Source: Vicugna vicugna
Taxonomy: Eukaryota
Reading direction: 5' to 3'
DNA: 64,000 bases
Assembly: GCA_013265495.1 (NCBI GenBank)
Contig: MU057930.1
Location: 1,690,057 to 1,754,056 of the forward strand
How positions within the stretch are numbered: the first letter of the stretch is position 1; each line of letters starts with the position of its first letter. The notes beneath the pieces were generated by a model. It made no database searches, was not told the DNA's origin, and saw only the letters and a list, made by a program, of their open reading frames with translations. Positions 11,990 to 25,239 of the stretch are shown piece after piece. The position numbers and the translations under genes are program-made.

Positions 11990-12656
11990 ATTCTTAATGT
12001 CATCAGTGAATCTTCAAGCCACTGCAGAAAAAAAGAGCATGGAACCTCCCTTCACCCATGCTATTTTATCGCCAACCCCATAACTGCTCTTTATAAAGAG
12101 GCAGAGGGAAAAGGGAGAAGCTCTCCCTTGCCAGACATAAAAATCCTGGAACCAAATGTGTTTCTCTCTCTCTCTCTCTGTCTCTTTCCCTTCTGCTTCA
12201 AGTGTCAGAAATTGTGACCAAATTCATGCTTGACTCAAGTACCTGAAAATCTCTGCCGTTTTTATTTCTCTGAGATAGAACCTGGCCTCTTTTTTAGGGA
12301 AAAATGTAGGGGTGCTGCCATCTGATGCTTCCTCCCCCTGTCCTTACATTGAACAAAACTGAAACAATCACTTCAAGATACAGATTTAAGTGTATTCTAT
12401 GCATCTTGCTGTATTGGTCATTGCTAAGTGTACAATTCAACAGGATTAATGACATTCATGACACACAACCATCACCACTGTCTTTTTGCAAAACTTCTTC
12501 ATCATCCCAAAGGGAACGTCTCTAATGATGAGGCAATGAGTCCCACTGAATTGTGGAGTTCAGGAGATGTGTTACCTACACGCTGGGCTGAACATGCTTA
12601 CTTAGCTATGACACCTGTATTTCATGACCAGAGCCATTCCTCCTACCACTCCTCCT

Positions 12657-13003
12657 TGCAATGGACTGAATCTTTCTGCTCAGATTCCAAGTGTTGAAAT
12701 CTTGACTCCCAGTGTGATGGTACTAGGAGGCGGGGCCGTGGAGGGGGTGATAAGGCTGTGAGGAGGGAGCCCTCACAAGTGGGATGCATGACCTTTCTAA
12801 GAAGACACCCTGGAGAACTAGCCATATGAGGATACGCCTTCAAGGGGTTGGCAGTCTGCAACGTCCAAGAGGGTCCTGCCCGGAACATGGCCATTCTGGA
12901 ACCGTCATCTTCCAGCCTCCAGGATGGTGAGGAATAAATGGCTGGTTCTTATCAGTCACCCAGTCTGTGGGATTATTGCGGCAGCACCATCAGTCGGGGA
13001 CAC
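12657..13003 (+). mobile_element. MaLR LTR (MLT1A/B-like)
   Basis: 'atggactgaat...cccagtgtgatggtactaggaggcgggg...ttccagcctccagga...aataaatg...cccagtctgtgg'. Confidence 0.85.
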
Positions 13004-13009
13004 TTGGAC

Positions 13010-13671
13010 TGTGTGAAGCTGAGCAGGATGCTGTGCGCCTTCCCAGGGGCAGACGCCTCCCCCCGCCCCTGCCTGTTATGTCCCCCACCTCTTGCAGAAA
13101 AGCTTCAGCCTCCCAGGGCCTCCCTGAGTTCCAAAGAGACGTCATCACAGAAGTGAAGCAAGACAGAAACAGAGGGAAGCAGTCAAGCAAGACAAAAATA
13201 GTCATAGTTTAGCCATGAAACAAAGTCAAGGACCTTTAGTTCCTCCTCAAGGGCTACAGAGAATATTCTGAGCCACGTCCTTCGAGCTGTTTTGCAGATA
13301 CTAAAATCCCCACCAGGTGGAGGAAGTCACCTGCATGCTGACCACCGGCACACAGAGCCCAGACCAGCTGGAACCAGAAGGCCGATGACTGCCATTCCTG
13401 AAACATCACCCTGCGACCCCACCACCAAGCAACCCGAGAACTGTGCATGAGCTGATCGCGTGCTCAGCAGCCCACACCCCTAATGCTGCCTTGAAAAACC
13501 CTTCTCTGAAAGCCACCAGGGAGCTCAGGTCTTTTGCGCATGAGCCGCCCATTCTCCTTGCGTGGAGCCCTGCAATAAACGCTGCACTCTCCTTCACCAC
13601 CAGGTGGTGTCAGCAGACTGGCTTTGCTGTGTGTGTCGGGGGAGCGGGCCCAGAAGTTTGCTTCAGTAACA
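13010..13671 (+). mobile_element. ERV1 solo LTR (MER41-like)
   Basis: TG...CA termini, a TATA-like 'ccttgaaaaaccc', 'ccctgcaataaac' poly(A) signal and the ending 'aagtttgcttcagtaaca'. Confidence 0.8.
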
Positions 13672-13732
13672 GGCCCTTGCTGGCTAGGAGATCTGAACAG
13701 CCATTTCTCCAACTGAAAGTAAAGGTCGTTTA

Positions 13733-13823
13733 CTGAAGCATTATGCCGTACACCAGAAAGTCACACAACTCTGTAAACTGACTATGCTTCAATTAAAAAA
13801 AAAAACATACATACACACACAAA
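13733..13823 (+). mobile_element. Extremely truncated LINE-1 3' end
   Basis: About 60 bp of L1 3' terminus plus an A-tail. TSD aaagtaaaggtcgttta (13716-13732) / aaagaaaaggtctttta (13824-13840). Confidence 0.85.
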
Positions 13824-14409
13824 AAAGAAAAGGTCTTTTAAAACGTTCGCCATAACTCAGCTTGGAAGATCCCTTCGCATGACTTTATTGGACTTGTGAG
13901 TGTGGTTTTGTAACCTTTATCTAAGTGGAGCAACTGTGAAACATGTTTACCTTAACTGGGGAGATAAGACACCGTTGATGGGAAATAGGACACATTTTGT
14001 CTAATTGTCCACTGGTTTAAAATTGAACTAATATTCTGCACCCTAGCGAGGCCTGAGGTCAGCCAAGATGCTTCTACGTCCACGGCAATTTGCTGAATGT
14101 GGAAGCAGGGCTCATTTTTTCAAGGAGAGGACTCTGAAATGTGACATAATGTCCAGTTTCCAAGGAAGATCCCCTTATATTGATGCCATGACATTTTTTC
14201 CCCCATAGCTCAGTTCTACACTGTTGCACATTTAAATGCTTTCAAGGCAAGGAATAAAATGGAAGAAAATATTTAACAGACCATCTTATTTAAATAGAAA
14301 CCTCAAAAAACACCTGACTTTTTTTTTTTTAGCACAAAACACCTTATAATGAACAAAGCACACCTTTATTTTTACACCTTACTTTATTTGTGCTGCTGAA
14401 AATGAGCTT

Positions 14410-14630
14410 CCTTTCAGCTATCCGTATTTCTGGCTTCTTGACAGGTGGATGGTGGTATCTCTTTGATGTTGAAATTTGCATTTTTCCAATGACATATGAT
14501 CTAACACATCTCTTCATGTGCTTATTTGCCACCTGTGTCTCTTCTTTGGTGATGTGTCTGCTAAACTCTTTGTTTCTTTCTTTTATTAATTAATGGTTTT
14601 CTTACTGTTGAGTTTTAAGAGTTCGTTGTA
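14410..14630 (-). mobile_element. Old LINE-1 (L1M-type) ORF2 fragment
   Basis: ORF 14344-14532 'MANKHMKRC...MQI...RYH' is a degenerate ORF2 motif. Confidence 0.8.
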
Positions 14631-16934
14631 AGCAATGAGCTTTTATATTGAGTGTCATGATGAAAATGTGGATGGTAATATATTCATCATGTTCCAACTG
14701 AGCAAACTGGTTATTGTTGTGAATGTTCAAATTGCCTCATTGTTGCTAACCAGGGTCCTTCCAGTTGACTTTTGGGGTCTCTGTGTTTCTCTTGTTTTCT
14801 TCATACACTCATACACATAGACACATGCATATATACATATATACATAAATGAATTACTAATAATGATTTTACATGTTAAAATAATTCTCTTCTTTGTGCC
14901 CTTTGCCATATTAAACTTACACAGCATTCAACACGCATTGCTTTTCAGCAACGAGATGACTAGAGAAATATAAAATGAAGGACAAGAAGGTGCCACCATC
15001 TGAAATGGAATTCAGGCTGACAGTTCCCACCTGGTGTTTCATGGTCTTAGAATTCTGAGTTTTGGGAATCACCGACAAGGCACTCAAATGACTGCCGTTG
15101 GGTTTCCGCAGGCAGATTTGATCAACGGCTCTGCAGCCACTGTGGGAGCGAACGGAGGAGCGGAAGCCCGTGTCAACAAACTTCAAGGGAAAAAAAAAAA
15201 ATCACCAAGTATTAAGTGTGGAACTCAGCCGAAAGCAAGTATTTCTAGCAGATGGAGAGCACAGGTGGATCAATATTTTTTTCACCTGCAGCCTCATAAA
15301 TGTACCAAGGGGAGCATAAAAGTGGATAGAAGAGGATTCACAAAAATTCCTGCAGCTGGAGAGTGAATCTTTTCCAAAAGGCAGTGCGACAACGTGACTG
15401 TGTGAGCTCAGCAGGACGCGCATGTCCCACGCTCCCGCCACCTGCCGTCTGATGACCATTCCCGCCGAAAATTTGAAGGAATCCCACGGGCTCCAGTTTC
15501 AAACCTCCCCACGCATCGCGGAGTTTTTGCACTCAGACGTCCTACGTTCCCGTAAAGGGTGTCCCACGTGGAGCCGAATGTCTTTATTTCTCACACGCCA
15601 GTCTTCTTTCTTACTTCCTGTGTCCCCATCACAACCATGTGCCCAGATGTATAGGTGGAAACATTTGAATTCTTACTTTTGCCATGGCTTTCCCTTTTAA
15701 AAATCTCAGTCTTTGGTGAACACGGGAGCCGAGTTGATTTTTCCCTCTCACAATGTTTACTGCCTCCATCCTTCTTCATTTCGACACCCATCTTCAAGTC
15801 CAGAGCAAAGACCTTTATTCGGACCTACTCAGTGATTCACAGACTCCCCCATTCTAAACATTTCTCAACTCCCAGACATTGTTTACTATCCTCAAACTAA
15901 TTCTGGCTGAAAACGTATTTTCCCCAGAATCCTTTAATACTTGCCCTGTATAAATAGGATGAGGCTTCCAGTCTTGTCTTTTGAAGCTAGACACACAATG
16001 GTGTCATCTAACATTTACTGTCCCTTCTGCGTTCAGCCAGGTTATTGCTATAAACAATATGTTCCCACATTCATGTTACACCCATTTGATGCCCTCATTA
16101 CATGAATGTTGAATGGATAAATCAATGTCCTCTTAACAGGTGACAGGTGGCCATTTCTCCCTTCCACACAATCAGGTTTCCAGGATCGGGGTGATCTGAG
16201 CAGACGAAGAGGACGGGGGTTGATGGATAGGAAGACAGAGGTGATTAAACTGGCAACGGCGCACCCATATTTTGGACCGTTTGCTTGCCAGAGTCATCTG
16301 TTTTCCACAGACGACACGGAGCAGACCTTTAGAAATGTGATTCATGGACTGTGCAATTACGTATTTCACAGGAATGGGTGACATGCCTCTATGGCAGGGA
16401 TTTGCAGCTGAAAATGCTGTATCTGGTCTTTGCAGAAGCCCCCGGGAGCCCCGCCTTCTGTCGGCAATGAGACACTAGGGGTAGAGCTGGCTACATTGGA
16501 AGGAGAAGGCCCTTTCAAAAACATCACCCGAGCGTTGTCACAAAGTTGCCTCCTTTTTTTTTTTTTTAATCAACCTTGAGCCACGATGTAATCTATTGTA
16601 CGGAAAATGCAAAGCTTGGCTTTGTTTCAGAGATACAAGTGTGTCCATTTTGAAACAAAATGTATACGAGTTTTGTCAATAAACGACTCTATATTAACTT
16701 TTGTTTAATAGATGGAGAGATAATAAATACTATACATACCTTGCTACATAGCATAATGTTTCATAATATATACATATATTCATGTATTACATTGATACGC
16801 CACACGATTAGCTGATGTGTAGGAACAGGGAATTATATGACAAATATCACTAAGTGGGCATCTCTTTATAGTTGGAGGGTGGAATAAATTAAATGTTAGT
16901 TTAATATAACACAGATGCAGATTCTGAGAGAGAG

Positions 16935-17435
16935 AGGAGGAGCAAGATGGGGGTGGGGGATTAAGAGGTACAAACTACTGTGTATAAAATGAATAAGGTG
17001 CACGGATTTAATGTACATATTTTATAAAAACTGTATCTTTTTAACGTTTTGGTGCTAAATAATTAACGGAATTGTCTAACTAACTCGAAATGTAATCTAT
17101 AATTCTTTTAAAAAAATTTTAATGGGTGTATAGTGACTTACAATGTGTCAATTTCTGGTGTACAGCATGTTAAAGTCACACATATACATACATATATTCA
17201 CTTCCCTATTCTTTTTCATTAAAGGTTAGTACAAGGTATTGAATATCGTTCCCTGTGCTGTACAGAAGAAATCAGTTGTTTATCCATTTTGTATATAGTA
17301 CTAGTATTTGTAAATCTCGAACTCCTATTTTATCTAGAATAATTTTAAATGCAGTTTAATCTGTAAAAATGTTGAATCACTACGTTATACACCTGAAATC
17401 TAATGGAATATAATTCAGCAACAACAACATAAAAG
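16935..17435 (+). mobile_element. Older LINE-1 3' UTR with a nested minus-strand L1 3' end (about 17105-17335)
   Basis: 'gattaagaggtacaaactact...' resumes after the inner copy as 'gaatcactacgttatacacctgaaa'. Confidence 0.75.
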
Positions 17436-17559
17436 TAACTGGTAGTTGACCAGCAACACAAAGGAGATGACAATCACAACTCTTATGGTATCAGAGGGTT
17501 ATACACGGCACTGCTCAAAGAGCATCCAAGAGCTGCCATTCACTACGTCATAGGGCAAC

Positions 17560-17685
17560 TTGTTACCCGCGGTCACCTTCAGGTCACACCTCACAGTGAC
17601 TGAATCCAAACTGCGGAGGAATGTGCTCAGGAATCTGCATTTCAATCAGCCCTTCAGTAGATGCTGACAAACGCTGAAGTGTTCT
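17560..17685 (+). mobile_element. hAT-Charlie fossil (MER5-like) fragment
   Basis: 'actgaatc...caggaatctgcatttcaa' motif. Confidence 0.55.
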
Positions 17686-17854
17686 GGTAGGGAGGAGCCG
17701 TGGCCATAACTATCATTCTATACCACCTGTAACTACATGATCAGGGCAATAACCCAGTGGAAGATTTGGGTAAATGTATTAAAAAGACACTTGATGGACC
17801 CACTCGTTGACTAGAGTTCTACAAATGAGATAAGACATGAGTGTGACGTGACTA

Positions 17855-18068
17855 ACGTACATAAAATAGAGGAACAACAAGTTCATCCTGTACAGCACAG
17901 GGAACTCTATTCAATATCTCATAGTAACTTATGGTGAAAAAGAAAACGAAAATGAATATATGTATCTTCCTGTATGACTGAAGCATTGTGCTGGACACCA
18001 GTTGACACAACACTGTAAAGTGACTATGCTTCAATAAAAATATATAAAACATAAAATAAAATAAAACC
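17855..18068 (+). mobile_element. LINE-1 3' end
   Basis: 'gtacagcacagggaactctattcaatatct...gactatgcttcaataaaaa'. Confidence 0.9.
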
Positions 18069-18689
18069 AACTTGAAAGAAGAACATGAGTGTGAGAATGT
18101 CTTCCAATGTATGAATGCATGTGATGGCTGTATCCAGTGCCGCTGGGGAAGCAGGGCCGCTCCCTCCTCCAGATGGTACAAACTGAACCTGGCATGTGTA
18201 TGAGGTGTATGGGAGTGAGTGATGAGAGAGCCACCTTCGTGAAGAAGACATACTCAACAATCCAGAAACACTGGTTTTACCTCCATGGCAGAATAAAAAG
18301 AATTTGCTCCAAACATACTGGTTCCCTTGTCAAGTTCCCTGCCTCCTCCTTCACCGTGCTTTATCGTGCATTCCGAGGTTCTGGGTCCTAAGGCTTTACA
18401 TCTTCCTCTTGGCCAACCTTCTTCAGACTTCCAGCTCAATGACCCACCCATCACGAGAGACTCTACACCCACTGCAGTAAGTGTTCCATCACTCCAATCC
18501 AAAAATCAAGGAATGTTATATATATATATTGCCCTATCTTATGGAAAGAGGTAACATATTCTCCTACAAATCAATAGTTTCCTATAGTTGTTATTTTTTT
18601 GGAGGAGGGGAGACTGGGGAAGGGACACAAAATGGGGCAAATATGCCTTCTCCAGGTCATCACAAGTCTTTTGTTTAAAAAAAAACCAT

Positions 18690-19245
18690 ATGGCCTTATG
18701 CTAAGTGAAGTAAGTCAGACAGAAGGACAAATACTGTACAATATCCCTTATATGTGGAATCTACAAAATGCAACCAACTAGTGAATATAACAAAAAAGAA
18801 GCGAATTAACAGATACAGAGAACAAACTAGTGGTGACCAGTGTGGAGACAGAGAAAGGTTAGGGCAATATACGGGTAGAGGATTAAGAGGTACGGACCAT
18901 TATGTATGAAATAAGCCACAAGGATGGATAAACAACAGGGTCCTACTTTACAGCACTATACAGCACTGTTCCCACTATACACAGTATCTTACAATAGCCT
19001 ATAATGAAAAGGAATATGAAAGTATGTGTATATATGTCTGAACCAACTTGCTGTACATCAGACGCTAATACAACATTGTAAATCAACTCTACCTTAACAA
19101 CAACAACAAAAAAATAAGCTACAAGGATATATTCCACAACACGGGAAATATAGCCAATATTTTACAATAACTATAAATGGAACATAATCTTTCTGTACAC
19201 CTGCCACTTATAATATTGTACAGAAGCAACTATACTTTAATAAAG
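18690..19245 (+). mobile_element. LINE-1 3' end hosting a second L1 3' end (18926-19111)
   Basis: The inner copy is flanked by aaataagccacaaggat (18909-18925) / aaataagctacaaggat (19112-19128). Confidence 0.85.
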
Positions 19246-20526
19246 AAGAATCATAAGGCAGTCAAAAGTGTAATGAGTGATTTGAACACACGTAACCTTT
19301 ATTGTCACAACTGCAAAACTGTCATTGTGAACACATAAACAGCTTGGTATCCAGTCACAGGTATGACACAGGATGATGAAGGTGCAATTCTAATCCTGAG
19401 CATTTGGAAACTGTCCCTGGGTTTCTGTACTTGGGGTTCCTTTCAGAAACAGATCAAAGCCCTTTAGAAAGTTTTTAGCAAATGAATACATCATCAGGAT
19501 GTACACTTGATGGTCTGGGCAATCCTCCTCACTGATGTATTAAGTCACTACGACCCATTAAGTCGGGGCTGGGATGAAAGAAACTAGCAGACAGTCAAAC
19601 ACTTCACCACGTTTCACTCCACTCTACTCAAAACTCCGTGGGGAGAAGGGTAAGCATTTGTTTGGACGGTTTTCACACTTTCCTTCCATAGGAAACACAC
19701 ACAAGACAGGAAACATAAGGACCAATTAAGACATGCTTTCTCCTCTTTGTGAGATGTTGAATTTTATGGAACGATGCTTTCTGCCCAAAATGAGGAGTGA
19801 CAGGAGTTAAGACAAAGCGTCAATTTGCTGAAAGAGGAATACAGTAACGGCAAAGTCAGTCATCTCTAAGCCACCCTGGGGAGAACAGAGGTGGCGATGT
19901 CCCATATATGGCAGACGGGAGTGGCTGCAACTTCGGGCAGACAGCTCCCACCGTAGCAAGAAGACGCCAGGTGGGAGGAGCGTCTGAGGTTGGCTCTTGT
20001 CTCTCCCCATCGATGCCTTGACTTAATCACTGTCAACCCCTCCTCTCTCTCCTCCACTCCACACTATGCACAAATCTCGAAGAGCACCCAGGCAGAGGGA
20101 CCCTCGGAGGTCAGAGGAAAGCTTGTATGGATTGAGGCGCTGATTGAAAAATACAAAGAGACACCAGCCACTTACGGGCAGTGAAGAGCATTTCCTATTT
20201 TACCCGCTACCTGTCCACACTCCCAGGGCTGGTGAAGAGCCAGCGAAGGAACCTGCCTTTTCCCAACACAGCTTTTCCCAAGGAGCTGAAAGCTAAATGT
20301 TGAATGAGAAGCTTTTTCGAATAGGTTTTCAGGTCAGCAAGGGCATCAAGCCATCATTTGTTGTCTGTTGACCTCTTACAAGAAACGCACAGACTTGGAC
20401 CTGACCCCAGGGGACAGCAAATCCACCTGTAGGGGTAGCTGGGTCCATCCCCTTAAAGGGAACTTAATCTCAAAGGCGAAACAGTGACTATAAACAGTAA
20501 TTAGAAACTGTAAACTCAAACAGCTA

Positions 20527-20527
<1 letters not shown>

Positions 20528-20557
<30 letters not shown>
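20528..20557. repeat. (CA)n microsatellite
   Basis: Perfect CA run. Confidence 0.95.
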
Positions 20558-20559
<2 letters not shown>

Positions 20560-20639
20560 TCATCTAAACAGAAAAAGGTCTTCTACATGAGACAAAATTA
20601 TTGGAACAGACCAATGAAGAAATTTCAGTAGATAAAACA

Positions 20640-21125
20640 GATATGTTTGCTTATTATTTACTACATTAAAGGTTAAAGAGAAAAACAAAGATCACCTTAA
20701 GAGGTGAAGAAACTGCTTCAGCGAAACAGATTTATGAATTTATACACATCAGATTAAGAAACGGAAATAAAACATTTCTTAATCTGGAAAAAGGTCACTG
20801 GCCCATAGCCTGCTCCAAATATTATTCATCATGATACAATGTTAGACGCTTTTCCTCTAAAGGAAGAAGGCAAGGAAACCCAGTCTCATTTTTATTCGAC
20901 ATAATATTCAGATACTCTAATTACCTCTGTAAGAAAAACAACGAAAACAGTGCGACAGAAAATGAGAATTCCCTGAAGTGTCATAACACTATAGAGACAT
21001 CATATTCCACAGTACATACGAAACCCGATCACTTAAAAATTATTAAAACTAATGGTAACATATATCAATATACCTAACAGAATCAACATATGAAAGCCAA
21101 TATTCTTCTTATATAACAGCAACAC
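20640..21125 (+). mobile_element. Ancient LINE-1 ORF2 (RT region) relic
   Basis: A-rich degenerate motifs 'gcttttcctctaa...gcaagga...ttttattcgacataatatt...aaaattattaaaactaat'. Confidence 0.6.
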
Positions 21126-21163
21126 AGTTCAGGAGGGGAAATATTATTATTTTTCTTTATTTT

Positions 21164-21317
21164 GTTTCATTTGTTTATTTAAAAACATTTTTTGGCAGAG
21201 GGGAGGTAATTAGGTTTATTTATTTATTTGGTTTGTCAGTGGAGGCACTGGGGGTTGAACCCAGGACCTCATGCATGCTAAGCATGCGCTCTACCACTTG
21301 AGTTACACCCTCCCTCC
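21164..21317 (-). mobile_element. tRNA-derived SINE (Vic-1-like)
   Basis: Reverse complement of the SINE at 6321. Perfect 16-bp TSD tatttttctttatttt (21148-21163 / 21318-21333). Confidence 0.93.
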
Positions 21318-21339
21318 TATTTTTCTTTATTTTAAATAC

Positions 21340-21540
21340 CCTACTGCTAATATTTGCCTCTCTCCCCTCCCCTCCCCACACTGGACAGCACTAGTTTGTT
21401 CTCAAAGCCTGTGAGTCTGCTGCTTTTTTGTTTAATTCACTGGTTTGTTCTACTATTGGGATCCCACATATACCTGATATCCTACAGTATTTGTCTTTCT
21501 CTGTGTGATTTGTTTCATTTAGCATAATGCCCTCCAAGTG
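21340..21540 (-). mobile_element. LINE-1 3' fragment (older)
   Basis: 'atcccacatatacctgatatcctacagtatttgtctttctctg...tttcatttagcataatg'. Confidence 0.8.
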
Positions 21541-21573
21541 TAAGATGTCATTTACCAAAATAAGAAAATATAA

Positions 21574-22154
21574 CCTGCACCCCAGTGTTCACAGCAGCAT
21601 TATTTACAGTAGCCAAGACATGGAAACAGCCTAAATGTCCATCAACAGGTGACTGGATGAAGAAGACATGGTATATTTATACAATGGAGTAGTATTCAGC
21701 CATAAAAACCGACAACATAATGCCATTTGCAGCAACATGGATGCTCCTGGAGAACGTCATTCTACGTGAAGTAAGCCAGAAAGAGAAAGAAAAATACCCT
21801 ATGAGATCACTCATATGTGGAATCTAAAAAAAAAAAACCCCACAAATGAACTTAAATATAAAACAGACACAGACTCACAGACATAGATACAGACTTGTGG
21901 TTGCCAGTGGGGAGAGGGGTGTTAAGGGACAGACTGGGAGTTTGAAATTTGCAGATACTGACAGGTATATATATAGACTAGATAAACAAGAGTATACTGT
22001 ATAGTACAGCGAAATATATACAAGATCTTGTGGTAGCTCACAGAGAAAAAAAATGAAAACGAATAGATGTATGTTCATGTATGACTGAAAAATTGCGCTG
22101 TGCACCAGAAGTTGACACAACATTGTAAAGTGACTATAACTCAATAAAATAAAA
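21574..22154 (+). mobile_element. 5'-truncated LINE-1
   Basis: ORF2 end, 3' UTR and A-tail. TSD aagaaaatataa (21562-21573 / 22155-22166). Confidence 0.95.
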
Positions 22155-22459
22155 AAGAAAATATAAATGAAACTGGACAGTGTGCAAGCTCTAAATGGAA
22201 AAAGTATAAAACTACTTGTTAAAAATTTTTATGGTCAAAAAAATCATCCAAAAATTTTTAAAGCTCACGGGAATGTACACTCAAAATCGGTACATCTTTA
22301 AAAAGATACACAAGTTTACAGTCATGAGATTAAAAAAAAATTTTTAAACAGCATTAGTCTCATGCAGATAAAGAACAGTGAAAATCATATCCTGTTCTCG
22401 TGAGGACAGATGTGCCAAGTACGGAAAAGGTTTTGACATTCAAAATATGCATGTAAAGA

Positions 22460-22640
22460 AAAAAAAACAAGAAAAAAGAAGACACTCATGAACTCATCTG
22501 CAAACAGAGACAGACTCACAGACATAGCAAACAATCTTATGGTTCCTGGCGGGGGAAGGAAGCAGGAAGGGATAAACCGGAAGTTGGAGATCTGCAAGTA
22601 TTAACCACTATGTGTAAAATAGATGAACAATAAATTTCAT
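22460..22640 (+). mobile_element. LINE-1 3' UTR fragment
   Basis: 'gaactcatctgcaaacagagacagactcacagacatag' is shared with other L1 copies in the window. Confidence 0.85.
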
Positions 22641-25089
22641 ATAAACACATAAATATTTAAATGGGGAGGGGTTACCACAAATATTTCCAATAGGGATATT
22701 GTGAAAAATATGAACACTGGGATGGGGCACACATGCACACACGCGCGCACACACACACACAGACACACCATCTCTGTAGCTCCCAATGGGCTGGTCGAAC
22801 AAGAGGCTCAATTCGCTTTTAGCTACAAATGGGTCACAATATCCATGTTCCATCAAGTAAATCGGCCAAATCATTATATTTATAGAACATTCTTTCCCTG
22901 ATATCTTTTGTGCACCAAAAATGGACCACCACAACGAAAACTAAAAAATAATCTTTCCCTCTCATGCCTAATTATGCTAGCGTTGATGTGTTTCAAGATT
23001 TTCAGAAAAATACACACTGGTGGTGATGAAGGGTTTCCTCTTTCTACGTGTTTTTTTTTTTTTCTAATTACGATTTTCAATCATAATAATGCAAGTGGTA
23101 AGTATCCGCTGTGGTGTTCTCAGTTTCCAGTGATGCTCCGAAATTAAAATAACACAAGGAGAAAAATGTCAGGGAGAAACACCTACAACAGTTGGGTTCA
23201 CTTAGCGACAAGAACCATAGAGGATCAGCAAGCTCTCTTATTTTTAAGTACCTGGAGGCTCTTTCTGCTTAGACGTTAATGTTCACAGGCCTCCCTGGAC
23301 ACCTGCATTTGCTGCCCAGCTCAGAGAGCCCTGAAATACAGACGGAAGCCCAGAGTCACCTGGCGATGGGCAAGGGTGTGCAGAAACACCCAAGATGTCA
23401 TCTCTTCACTTCTCCTGCCTGAGTTCAAGGTTAAATACGCCAAAATACACTGCTTCGCATGCCTTTCTTCTATTAAGGACTGCATTTCATTTAGGGGAAA
23501 AAATTTAAAAAAAAGAAAAGAAACCCTTCTGTCTGTCACTCATTCATAAAAATGAAGTCATACTTTGGGAATCAATCAGTGCCTGTAAGTTTATTTTAAA
23601 TGTATTCGACTCTCTTGTACCAGTGGCGGATTAAAAAAAAGTCACGTCCGTATCTTGGAACCACAGGTTTTATTACAATTCCTATCTGAGGCTAATTCTT
23701 AATTGAACTGTGATTTAAGAGAGTATTTCTGAGGGCTAAATAGGTGGGTCAAACCCTTTCTTACAGCGTGTCTTCAAATCGCTGTCTTATAAGAAGCTAA
23801 TTTTGTTGCCTGTAGGAAAACGGCTTAATAGCTATTGTGCTGTTAATCAACGGGAAGAGATGGCAGAATCCAATTTTTTTTTGTGAGGATTCAGTGCTGC
23901 AGAGTATTTCCATTAATGTTCAACAGACTTAGTTCTATCTTCTAGGAAAAACAATTCTTTTTTTTTTTTAGCTGAGCAAAATGGGATTTGCAGTCAGAAA
24001 TGACTTTAAACTACCTTTCTTCCACGACTCTGTTGTAACCTACCATGGCCCTGGAGAAGCTGTTTCCACACGAGGACTTCAACGTGCACGTCAACAAAGC
24101 CAGGCTGCTGCGAAAGTCTGCGCGAGGCGTCCCGGGGCAGCGGACGTCTCAGACAGATACAAAGATGCAATGTTTGTCTGGATGTGACGCTGACATTTTA
24201 CTATTGTTGTGGTGGTGGGGAGAGGTAAAGGAAGACCATTTTTGTGTCCCAAGCCCTATTCCCTGAGAAATTGCAATGAAGGTACCAGAATCACCTAGGC
24301 GGGAACCCAAACCAGCCAGTGAATATGCAGAAAAGGTAACATCAGAAGATGTTGGCAGGTCAGATGGAATTTTGCAATTGGCTGTGCTTGGAGAGCTGTC
24401 TTGAACTGCAAAATGACTTGGAACAAAACGGGTAAGGACACAGATGGGAGATAACAGGGCACTGACGCTGAATTTCACTGAGGAAACGTGGTAAATGTGA
24501 ACAGTTTGGACATCTGGGGCAGAGCAGGGGAGAAAAACGCAGAGGCGGTTTCTTCCTAAGAACAGAAGACTCCCAACGTACAGAGTGACCGCCCAAGGTC
24601 TTGCCTTGTTCTCTGATGGGACCGCAATCTGCTTAAAAATGCAAAGGTTGCCAAACGGCTGATTCCCGGAAATGCGTCCGCCTCTGGCGTCATTGCTGAC
24701 CTTGATGGAGGGAAAGATGTAACCTGTGATGACCCAGTGGGACAGACGGAACAGTGTGGGAATTCAAGGACACTGAGTGACCAAGTCCCCTTTAAGGTGA
24801 GCTGAAAATCATACCCTAAATAGAAATATGTAAATCATCACCGCCGTGTTGTTCGAGCGGGTTGATTTCAGGGTGCAGAATTTTGAGAAGACAGTAAACA
24901 GACAACAAAGTCAAGGGGTGAAAGGAGGTATTTTGAGTCTTTTAAATAAGAAGGCAGATATAATTGGGGTGGTGGCCAGCCATGTCAGAAAAGAGTGGAG
25001 AACTTAATTGTCCCAGATTACAGGCAGTGCCACCTGAGGATTGTTACCTGGAAGGGGTCAGGGCATGAACACAGGAGAATCTTCCTTAT

Positions 25090-25235
25090 CTTCCATATGA
25101 GCGATCTCATATGGTATTTTTCTTTCTCCTTCTGGCTGATTTCACTTACAATGACATTCTCTAGGGGGCACCCATGTTGCTGCAAATGGCATTGTGTTGT
25201 CATTTTTTATGGCTGAGTAGTATTCCACTGTATAA
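25090..25235 (-). mobile_element. LINE-1 fragment (ORF2 end)
   Basis: ORF 25018-25203 'LENVIVSEISQKEKEKYHMRSLI'. Confidence 0.9.
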
Positions 25236-25239
25236 ACAG

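Noticed and set aside
24663..24671. Perfect GAS/STAT motif TTCCCGGAA
   Set aside because: A single 9-mer in 64 kb can arise by chance, and there is no independent support.
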